DNA of 10,041 bases from the NCBI GenBank assembly GCA_013416795.1, contig RQSC01000520.1, positions 1-10,041 on the forward strand, written 5' to 3'. A program made the position numbers and the translations under genes. Under the pieces are notes generated by a model. It made no database searches and was not told the DNA's origin. It saw only the letters and a program-made list of their open reading frames with translations. Of this stretch, positions 1-7,609 are shown one piece after another. The first letter of the stretch is position 1. The number at the start of each line of letters is the position of its first letter. The stretch comes from Prasinococcaceae sp. CCMP 1430 (taxonomy: Eukaryota > Plantae > Prasinodermophyta).

Positions 1-169
1 TCGCGGCTGGGAGCGCGCTCGCGCGCTCGCTCGCGTGCGCGCGCGCCCGTTCGCGCGTGGGGTGGAGGGGCGCGCGAGAGAGTGCTGGCTGGTGCGCGAG
101 TTGAGCGCCGGTGCGCGCGCGCCCACCTGAAGCAGAAAAGATGGGCTCGGCGAAAAATGGGGGCAACGA

Positions 170-185
170 CGCGCGCGCGCGCGCG
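170..185. repeat. (CG)8 dinucleotide run, Z-DNA-prone
   Basis: cgcgcgcgcgcgcgcg read directly; purine/pyrimidine alternation extends over 169..189. Confidence 0.85.
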
Positions 186-197
186 TGCGGGAGGCCC

Positions 198-219
198 GGG
201 GGGAAGGGGAGGGGGCGGG
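198..219 (+). other. Canonical G-quadruplex motif
   Basis: GGGGGG-AA-GGGG-A-GGGGG-C-GGG: four tracts of at least 3 G with 1-2 nt loops. Folding is predicted, not shown. Confidence 0.6.
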
Positions 220-630
220 AGGTTTCTGGGGTGTGCGCGCGCGGCGCCCGGCAGGGCTTCGGGTGAGGGTGCCGCAGTGCCCTGCCCGCGCGGCGCGCAG
301 GAAGGCCCGCGGCAGGGTCGGGGGCGCGCCTTTCGAACTCTGGGTCGCGCGTGTCTCGGCGTGCACCAAAGTTCCTCGCCTCATGTTTTGGTGGAGTTTG
401 GCGTGGATGCGTGGCGCGGTGCCCGCGAGCGGAGCACGCGGCAGCCGGTGGGCTGCTGTCGCTTGCCCCGCTTCGTCATCTTGCTCGTGCTCGGTCGAGT
501 CGTTTCAGACGCACGAAAAGACCGCCACGCTTTGAACGCAGCGCCCCAAGGAGCGCCGGCTGACGAACGGCGCGCGCGCCCATCCTCCTTGCCTCGCCGC
601 GCTCGCCCGCGCAGCCTCCCGCCTGCCGCC

Positions 631-1209
631 ATGTTCAAGAACACGTTCCAGAGCGGCTTCCTGTCGATCCTGTACTCGATCGGCTCGAAGCCGCTCGCCA
701 TCTGGGAGAAGAAGGTGCGCAACGGCCACATCAAGCGCGTGACCGACAAGGACATCCAGTCGCTCGTGCTCGAGATCGTTGGTGCGAATGTCACCACCAA
801 CTTCATGACGTGCCCCGCGGAGCCGACGCAGACGCTCGGCATCAAGCTGCCGTTCCTGGTGATGATCATCAAGAACCTCAAGAAGTACTTCACCTTCGAG
901 GTGCAGGTGCTCGACGACAAGAACGTCCGCCGCAGGTTCCGCGCGTCCAACTACCAGTCGACCACGCGCGTGAAGCCCTTCATCTGCACGATGCCCATGC
1001 GCCTCGACGAGGGCTGGAACCAGATCCAGTTCAACCTTAGCGACTTCACGCGCCGCGCATACGGCACCAACTACATCGAGACGCTGCGCGTGCAGATCCA
1101 CGCCAACTGCCGCATCCGCCGCATCTACTTCTCGGACAGGCTCTACTCCGAGGAGGAGCTGCCGCCTGAGTTCAAGCTCTTCCTGCCCATCCAGAAGGGC
1201 AGCGAGTAA
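631..1209 (+). CDS. CFAP20: Cilia- and flagella-associated protein 20 (CFAP20/BUG22/FAP20), 192 aa, intronless
   Basis: The translation [22 protein letters not shown]...VRNGHIKR...[68 protein letters not shown]...[26 protein letters not shown] is the near-invariant CFAP20 sequence. The ATG at 631 is in a gccgccATG context and codons are strongly C/G-ending. The ORF-track extension from 82 is not part of the protein. Confidence 0.97.
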   Translation: MFKNTFQSGFLSILYSIGSKPLAIWEKKVRNGHIKRVTDKDIQSLVLEIVGANVTTNFMTCPAEPTQTLGIKLPFLVMIIKNLKKYFTFEVQVLDDKNVRRRFRASNYQSTTRVKPFICTMPMRLDEGWNQIQFNLSDFTRRAYGTNYIETLRVQIHANCRIRRIYFSDRLYSEEELPPEFKLFLPIQKGSE

Positions 1210-1236
1210 GCGCGCGGCCACGCGGCCGCGCTCACA

Positions 1237-1256
1237 CATACGCATCCATACGCATC
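1237..1256. repeat. Perfect 10-nt tandem duplication (CATACGCATC)2 in the CFAP20 3' region
   Basis: catacgcatc at 1237..1246 and 1247..1256. Confidence 0.8.
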
Positions 1257-1530
1257 AATCCTACCTACGAATTAGCTGGAATAGCACATGGCATGCGAGT
1301 CCTCTCGGAGGGCGGCTCTGCTACTCTAGGCAGCAGAGCGGGCCAACGTGAGCCCGCGCTCTGAGACACGGACGAAAGACGCTGCGCGCTTCAGCAACAC
1401 GCTCACTCTTTGTAAACGACAACTTCAGACGACCGACCTCCCTGCGCGGCCCGCTCTGGCTGCCTGCGCGCGGCCCTCGGCAGCCACCATCAGCGACGGC
1501 GCCCCCCGCGGCAAGCGCCGTCGCGCGCCA

Positions 1531-1546
1531 GAGCGAGCGAGCGAGC
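1531..1546. repeat. (GAGC)4 microsatellite
   Basis: gagcgagcgagcgagc read directly. Confidence 0.75.
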
Positions 1547-2019
1547 GCGCTGGCGAACGCCGCCACAGCAACAGCGGCGCCGCTCCATCTGAAAAAATCC
1601 AAAATCAAATCCGCCCCGCATGTCCCGCAGCCGTGCAATGTAATCCTAATGAGGCAGACCACGAGGCGGGGGAACACGGATGTTGATGACGAGCCGAAAA
1701 AACAGCTGCGGCCGTGATTGAGTCATGCACCCGAAAGTTCCTTTCAACGAGAGTCGATCAAATCTCGCAGGCGTGCATCGGTCTCACAGTCAGCGGTGGG
1801 TCGCGGCGCGGATAACGCGCTGGGATCGATGGCACTCACGCCACGTTGCTGCTGTTGCCAGCAGCGCGGGTAACCCCCCTAAACCCCAAATGGCATTTCG
1901 CACGTGATGTCCGCATATTTTGAACTCGTTTTATTTGAGGGGGAGTTCGCATGCGCGTGGTCATTCCGTGTTTTTGTTTTCCCCCCAGCTGCAGCGCGCG
2001 CGTTCCTCACCCGACACCA

Positions 2020-2042
2020 GGGGGGGGGGAGGGGAGCGGGGG
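2020..2042 (+). other. G-quadruplex-type G-rich tract upstream of XDH
   Basis: G10-A-GGGG-AGC-GGGGG; the G10 run can supply two tracts. Confidence 0.55.
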
Positions 2043-2083
2043 AGCGAGAGGCGCGGCGCCGCGCCACAGGGGTGGCCCGCGTA

Positions 2084-2131
2084 CCACCCCACCCCACCCG
2101 TCGCCCCCTCCGTCCCCCCCTCCCCCTCCTC
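2084..2131 (-). other. C-rich tract on + strand (G-quadruplex on - strand, i-motif or polypyrimidine tract on +)
   Basis: ccaccccaccccacccgtcgccccctccgtccccccctccccctcctcc: at least six runs of 3 or more C. Confidence 0.55.
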
Positions 2132-2224
2132 CTCTGGTGGCAGCGGTGCGCCGCCGCCGGGGCTGATGCCGCCGTGCGACGCGAGCGCGGCCAGGCACCG
2201 CCGGCCGCCTCGGCAGCAGCGGCG

Positions 2225-5200
2225 ATGCGCGGCGCGCTCGGCGCGCGGGGCACGCTGTCGCAGGCCGCGCCGATGTGCTACGTCAACGGCCGGCGGCATG
2301 CGCTGCCGCACGGCGCTGGTGACGTCACGCTGCTCGAGTTCCTGCGCGAGAGGCGGCTCACGGGGACGAAGCTCGGCTGCGGCGAGGGCGGCTGCGGCGC
2401 TTGCACGGTGATGGTGTCGTCGTGGGACGGCGCGGCCGGCAAGCCACGGCACCGCGCAGTGAATGCGTGCCTCGCGCCACTGTACAGCGTCGAGGGCTGC
2501 CACGTGGTGACGGTGGAGGGCATCGGCAACCGCAATGCGGGGCTGCATCCGCTGCAGGCGCGGCTCGCGGCCGCGCACGGCTCGCAGTGCGGCTTCTGCA
2601 CGCCTGGCTTCGTGATGAGCGCGTATGCGCTCATGCGCGAGAACGCGGCACCGCAAGATGCCGACGTGGAGCGCGCGCTTGCGGGCAACCTGTGCCGCTG
2701 CACGGGCTACCGCCCCATCATGCGCGCATTCACCGAGCTGGCCAGGGAGGCACGCGAGGGAAAGGCCTCGGCCAAGGAGGTCTCGCCTGCGGGGGGCGTC
2801 TGCCCGTCGACGGGCAAGCCGTGCGGCTGCGGGGCGAAGAGTACCGCGAGTGCGGACGTCGCGGACGAGGGTGCCGCTGCCGCGAGGCAGGAGGAGGGGC
2901 TCGTGACGCCAGCCGAGCCCATCTTCCCGCCCGAGCTGCGCCGTCGCGTCGCAGTGCCGCTCTACCTTCCGGGCGAGCGCGCCACGTGGCACCGCCCGCA
3001 CGAGCTTCAGGCGCTGCTCGAGCTCGTGCGCGCGCATCCAAAGGCGCGGATCGTCGGTGGCAACACCGAGGTCGGCGTCGAGGCGCGCTTCAAAGGCGTC
3101 GAGGACGCGGTGTTGATTGCCCCAACGCACGTGCCAGAGCTCACCAAGCTCGAGGAGACCCCTAATGGCCTCCGCGTCGGCGGCGCGGTCACCCTTACCG
3201 ACCTCGAAATGCTCTGCCATGAGATCGCTGCCGAGCGTCCCGCGGCGTGCGCAGCCGCCAAAGCCGTCGCGTCGCAGCTCGAGTGGTTTGCAGGCGCGCA
3301 GATCCGCAACGTGGCGACCATCGCGGGCAACATCTGCACAGCGTCGCCCATCTCCGACCTCAACCCAATTCTCATTGCGTGCGGTGCCACGTTCACTCTC
3401 GCCAAGAGCGACGGCAAGGGCGCGGCCACGACGCGCGAAGTTGCCGCCGCGGACTTCTTCGTCGGCTACAGGAAGACGCTCTTGGAGGAGAGCGAGGTAC
3501 TTCTGGCGGTCACGCTGCCGCGGTCGGCGGCGGAGGGCGTTGGGGGTGCGCTCGACATCGTGCACGACTTCAAGCAGTCGCACCGCCGCGAGGACGACAT
3601 CGCCATCGTAACTGCCGGCGTGCGCGTGCTCATCGTGCCCCGCGCAGATGGCGCCTACCTAGTCAAAGAGGCGGGCGTCGGCATGGGCGGCGTCGCGCCC
3701 CGCACAATCCGCTGTGCGGCCGTCGAGGCGGCTCTTGTGGGCAGGGTTTGGGGCGAAGGTGCGCTCGACGCGGCGCTCAAGGCCGTGCGCCGGGACGTCT
3801 CGCTTCCGGAGAATGTCCCTGGCGGCATGCCCGAGTACCGCATGTCGCTGTCTTCGGCAGTCATCTTCAAGTTCTATGCCAAGGTGAGCCTGGAGCTGCC
3901 TGAGTCTTCCGTGGTCGATTTTGGCGGCCGTGCGCGCGCAGAGCTGCAGTCGGCCGCAGGCAGTGTCCCCCGGCAGGCGTGCACGGGCGAGCCCTCGTGG
4001 GCGCCGCCAATCGAGGGCACCCAGGAGGTCGGCCACGAGCGCGTGCACGTCGCCGCCGAGATGCAGGTGACCGGCGAGGCACAGTACGTCGACGACGTCC
4101 CGTACCCGGCGGGGTGCCTTTTCGCGTACCCCGTGCTCTCCGAGCGCCCGCACGCGAAGCTGCTGGCCGTGGACCCCACCAAGGCGCTGGCAATTGAGGG
4201 CGTCGAAGGGTACTTTGGGGCGGACGATGTGCCCGGCAACAACGCGATTGGGCCCGTCGTGCAGGACGAGCAGTGCTTTGTGGCCGTGGGGACGGCGGTG
4301 CCGTGCGTGGGCGCCGTGATCGGACTCGTTGTGGCGGAGAGCGAGGCCGCCGCGCGTCGCGGGGCGCGCGCGGTGGAGGTGCAGTATGAGGAACTCAGGC
4401 CCGTCCTGACCATCGAGGATGCCATCGCCGCGGGCTCGTACCTAGCAGGCACGGGAGAGAAACCGCACACGCTCGTCAAGGGCAATCCTGAAGGTGTCAT
4501 TGCCGCGGTCGAATGCGGCGAGGGGCCGGCCGGTGCCAAAGTTGTGCGCGGTGAGATAAAGATCGGTGGGCAGGAGCACTTCTACCTCGAACCGATGAGC
4601 ACGGTTGTGATCCCGGGAGAGGGGGGCGAGATGGTGATCCTCCAGTCGACGCAGTGCCCCAACAAGAGCCAGCGTATGGTCGCCGGTGTCCTGGGCTGTG
4701 ACGCCAACCGCATCGTGTGCCGCACCAAACGCATGGGGGGTGGCTTCGGTGGGAAGGAGACACGCGCCGCCTTCCTCTGTGCGGCAGCCGCCGTGCCCGC
4801 GCGCCACCTCGGGCGTAGTGTGCGCCTCGTGCTGGACCGCGACGTCGATATGAAGACTACTGGCACGCGCCACCCGTTCATGGGCCGCTACGCCGTCGCG
4901 CACGATGCCGAGGGCAAGGTTCTCGCCGCCGACGTGCAGCTTTGGTCCAACGGCGGCTATTCGTGCGACCTGAGCATCCCGATCATTGATCGCGCGGCCT
5001 TCCACTCGGACAACTGCTACGGCGTTGAGAACTTTCGTGTGCGCGCGACCGCCTGCAAGACCAACCTGCCGACCAACACGGCCTTCCGTGGCTTCGGTGG
5101 ACCGCAGGGACTTATTGTAGCTGAGACATGGATCGCGCACGTGGCCGTGTCGGCAGGCCTCGCCGAGGAAGTCGTGCGCGAGCGAAACATTTATACGGCG

Positions 5201-6367
5201 GGATCTGCGACGCCGTTCGGGCAGGAGCTGCCGGCGGACGAATGGAACGTGCCCGCCATTTGGTCGCAGCTCAAGGACCGAGCTGCCTTCGCGGCGCGCC
5301 AGGCCGAGGTGGATACCTTCAACGCTGCCAATCGCTGGCGCAAGCGCGGCCTCGCGATGGTGCCCACCAAGTTCGGCATCTCTTTCACGACCAAGTTCAT
5401 GAACCAAGGCGCTTCGCTCGTGCACGTGTACACCGACGGCACGGTGTTGGTGACGCACGGCGGCACGGAGATGGGACAGGGCCTGCACACGAAGGTGTGC
5501 CAGGTGGCTGCCGAGTCGCTGGGCGTGCCTCTGTCCGCGGTGCACGTGGCGGACACCACCACCGACAAGATCCCAAACGCTTCGCCCACCGCGGCCAGTG
5601 CGTCGAGCGACCTGTACGGCATGGCCACCAAGCTCGCGTGCGACGAGCTCATGAAGCGCCTTGCGCCGTACCGCACAGACGAGGGGCGCGACTGGCTTGC
5701 GAGTGCGGCGATGTCGGCGCACCTCGACCGCGTTGATCTCAGCGAGCACGGCTTCTACGCCACGCCTGACATCAGTGGGTGGGACTGGGACAACCCCTCG
5801 CCAAAGGGCCGTCCCTTCAACTACTTCACGCAGGGCGCGGCGGTCGCCGAGGTTGAGCTGGACTGCCTCACGGGCGACGCCGCCGTCAGGCGCGCGGACG
5901 TGCTCATGGACCTCGGGCGTTCCATCAACCCGGCCATCGACGTGGGGCAGATCGAGGGCGCCTTCGTGCAGGGCCTTGGCTGGTGCATGCTCGAGGAGCT
6001 GAAGTGGGGCGACTCGGCGCACGCGTGGGGCAGGCCGGGGCACCTCATCAGCGTGGGGCCGGGCGCGTACAAGATCCCCGCCGCGAGCGACGCCCCTGCT
6101 GACTTCCGCGTGCACCTGCTGCAGGGGGTCGAGAACCCGCGCGCGGTGCACTCGTCGAAGGCAGTCGGTGAGCCGCCCTTCTTCCTCGCGGCGAGCGCAT
6201 GGTGCGCGTTGCGGCAAGCGGCGGCCGCCGCGCGCTCTGACGCGGGCCACTCGGGTTTCTTCCGCCTCGACGCGCCCGCGACGCCCGAGCGTGTCCGCAT
6301 GGTATGCGCCGATGCGATCACCGCGGACGTGGCGGGCCCGCACTTTGTCGCCAGGCTCAGCTGCTAG
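2225..6367 (+). CDS. XDH: Xanthine dehydrogenase (2x[2Fe-2S], FAD, molybdopterin), ~1380 aa, intronless
   Basis: Fe-S motifs GTKLGCGEGGCGAC, QCGFCTPG and GNLCRCTGY. FAD region FAGAQIRNVATIAGNICTASPISDLNP and KQSHRREDDIA. Moco region GGQEHFYLE, GGGFGGKET (bovine Glu802), IIDRAAFHSDNCY (Arg880), TAFRGFGGPQ (Phe914), KFGISFT (Phe1009/Thr1010) and SKAVGEPP (Glu1261). The Glu802 and Arg880 equivalents favour XDH over aldehyde oxidase. The start is uncertain (ATG 2225 or 2273); the ORF-track start at 1904 is low-complexity and probably non-coding. Confidence 0.93.
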   Translation: MRGALGARGTLSQAAPMCYVNGRRHALPHGAGDVTLLEFLRERRLTGTKLGCGEGGCGACTVMVSSWDGAAGKPRHRAVNACLAPLYSVEGCHVVTVEGIGNRNAGLHPLQARLAAAHGSQCGFCTPGFVMSAYALMRENAAPQDADVERALAGNLCRCTGYRPIMRAFTELAREAREGKASAKEVSPAGGVCPSTGKPCGCGAKSTASADVADEGAAAARQEEGLVTPAEPIFPPELRRRVAVPLYLPGERATWHRPHELQALLELVRAHPKARIVGGNTEVGVEARFKGVEDAVLIAPTHVPELTKLEETPNGLRVGGAVTLTDLEMLCHEIAAERPAACAAAKAVASQLEWFAGAQIRNVATIAGNICTASPISDLNPILIACGATFTLAKSDGKGAATTREVAAADFFVGYRKTLLEESEVLLAVTLPRSAAEGVGGALDIVHDFKQSHRREDDIAIVTAGVRVLIVPRADGAYLVKEAGVGMGGVAPRTIRCAAVEAALVGRVWGEGALDAALKAVRRDVSLPENVPGGMPEYRMSLSSAVIFKFYAKVSLELPESSVVDFGGRARAELQSAAGSVPRQACTGEPSWAPPIEGTQEVGHERVHVAAEMQVTGEAQYVDDVPYPAGCLFAYPVLSERPHAKLLAVDPTKALAIEGVEGYFGADDVPGNNAIGPVVQDEQCFVAVGTAVPCVGAVIGLVVAESEAAARRGARAVEVQYEELRPVLTIEDAIAAGSYLAGTGEKPHTLVKGNPEGVIAAVECGEGPAGAKVVRGEIKIGGQEHFYLEPMSTVVIPGEGGEMVILQSTQCPNKSQRMVAGVLGCDANRIVCRTKRMGGGFGGKETRAAFLCAAAAVPARHLGRSVRLVLDRDVDMKTTGTRHPFMGRYAVAHDAEGKVLAADVQLWSNGGYSCDLSIPIIDRAAFHSDNCYGVENFRVRATACKTNLPTNTAFRGFGGPQGLIVAETWIAHVAVSAGLAEEVVRERNIYTAGSATPFGQELPADEWNVPAIWSQLKDRAAFAARQAEVDTFNAANRWRKRGLAMVPTKFGISFTTKFMNQGASLVHVYTDGTVLVTHGGTEMGQGLHTKVCQVAAESLGVPLSAVHVADTTTDKIPNASPTAASASSDLYGMATKLACDELMKRLAPYRTDEGRDWLASAAMSAHLDRVDLSEHGFYATPDISGWDWDNPSPKGRPFNYFTQGAAVAEVELDCLTGDAAVRRADVLMDLGRSINPAIDVGQIEGAFVQGLGWCMLEELKWGDSAHAWGRPGHLISVGPGAYKIPAASDAPADFRVHLLQGVENPRAVHSSKAVGEPPFFLAASAWCALRQAAAAARSDAGHSGFFRLDAPATPERVRMVCADAITADVAGPHFVARLSC

Positions 6368-6535
6368 GACGTCGCACAAGGGCGCGCGGTGGCGGCCGGG
6401 TCACGTGCACTGTATTTGTAGCTATTTTGATTAATATTCGATTCTGTCTGAAGAGGTCTTTCTTGCGAATGGTGTGTTTGTGCGTTGGCGAGCACCGCCC
6501 GCCCGCAGCAAGCCGTGCGCAGGTGTGGCTTCCGC

Positions 6536-7609
6536 TCAGAGCTTGGCGTCCACCATGGCAGCCATCATGACGACGTCCTCGGGGATGTCCTCGGTGGCCG
6601 TGGAGCCCACCACGAGGTCCATGTACATGGGCGAGATGCCGCTGCCCGGACCCTTGGTGGTGATCATCTCGCGCGTGATGGTGGTGCCCTTGGGGATCGC
6701 GACCGCCGACACGACCGACTTCGCGAGCTTGGTGAAGACGGGGGCCTCGCTCTCCATGCGCTTCTTCTCGCACGAGCCGAGCGCCTCCTCCACCACCGCG
6801 ATGTCACGAATGAGCGTCTCGATGCCCTTGGGCTCGAGCGAAGCCGCGTGGTCGCCGCCCTTCATGGTGCGATCGAGCGTGATGTGGCGCTCGACGACCT
6901 TGGCGCCCATCGCCACCGCGGCGAGCGAGATCTGCAGGCCCTTCTCGTGGCCGGAGTAGCCGATCACGCACTGCGGGAACTCCTTCTGGTACGTGCGCAG
7001 CACGCGCAGGTTGGTCTCGCTGACCTTCGTCGGGTAGGTGGAGGTGCACTGCAGCAGCACGATCTTGTCGACGAAGCGCGTCACCAGCTTGAGCGCCGTG
7101 CGCACGGTCTCCATCTCGGCCATGCCGGTCGAGAGGATGAGCGGCTTGCCCTTGCGCGCGGTGTGCTCCAGCAGCGGGAAGTTGGTGAGGTCGGCCGAAG
7201 CCACCTTGTAGAAGGGGCAGCCGACGCGGTCGAGGAAGTCCACGCTGTCCTCGTCCCAGCCCGACGCGAAGAAGAGGATGCCGACCTCGTCGGCGTACTT
7301 CTTCATCTCGTTCCACTCGGGCTCGCCCAGCTCGAGCGCGTGCTTGTGCTCGCCGTAGGTGGGGCCGAAAGAGTTCTTGTTCACGTACGGCTTCATCAGG
7401 CCCTCCTTGGAGAGGATGCGCTCCACGGTGCGCTTCTGGAACTTGACGGCGTCGCAGCCCACGTCCTTGGCCATCTTGATCAGCTTCTTGGCGATCTCCA
7501 CGTCGCCCTGGTGGTTGATGCCGGCCTCGCCGATCACGAAGCACTTGTTGGTGCCGCCCACGCTCACGCCGGGGGCGATGTCGAAGGCCTTGTCACAGAA
7601 GGGGACCAT
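6536..7609 (-). other. NANS: NANS/NeuB unit 2 (C-terminal): TIM barrel plus SAF/AFP-like domain
   Basis: [79 protein letters not shown]: the conserved catalytic and metal-binding motifs of NeuB/NANS. Confidence 0.92.

Noticed and set aside
82-630. 183-aa N-terminal extension of CFAP20 from the ORF track
   Set aside because: GTG start, low-complexity Arg/Gly/Ala content and no codon bias; CFAP20 homologs begin at MFKNTFQ (631).
505-1245. 246-aa antisense ORF over CFAP20, and 381..950(-)
   Set aside because: Shadow ORFs caused by the strong codon bias and high GC of the real gene.
1681-1790. TGATGA C-box-like motif suggesting a C/D snoRNA
   Set aside because: No CTGA D box at a suitable distance and no terminal stem.
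1871-1890. Telomere-like CCCTAAACCC / telo-box
   Set aside because: Only about 1.5 units and not an exact AAACCCTA telo-box; compatible with chance.
1904-2224. 107-aa N-terminal extension of XDH from the ORF track
   Set aside because: It translates homopolymer G and C tracts, and XDH homology starts only near CYVNG (~2276).
2225-6367. Aldehyde oxidase as an alternative call
   Set aside because: The Glu802 (GGKET) and Arg880 (IDRA) equivalents that typify XDH are present.
1961-6379. Long antisense ORFs within XDH (540 aa, 645 aa and others)
   Set aside because: No recognisable domains; expected from stop-codon scarcity in GC-rich coding DNA.
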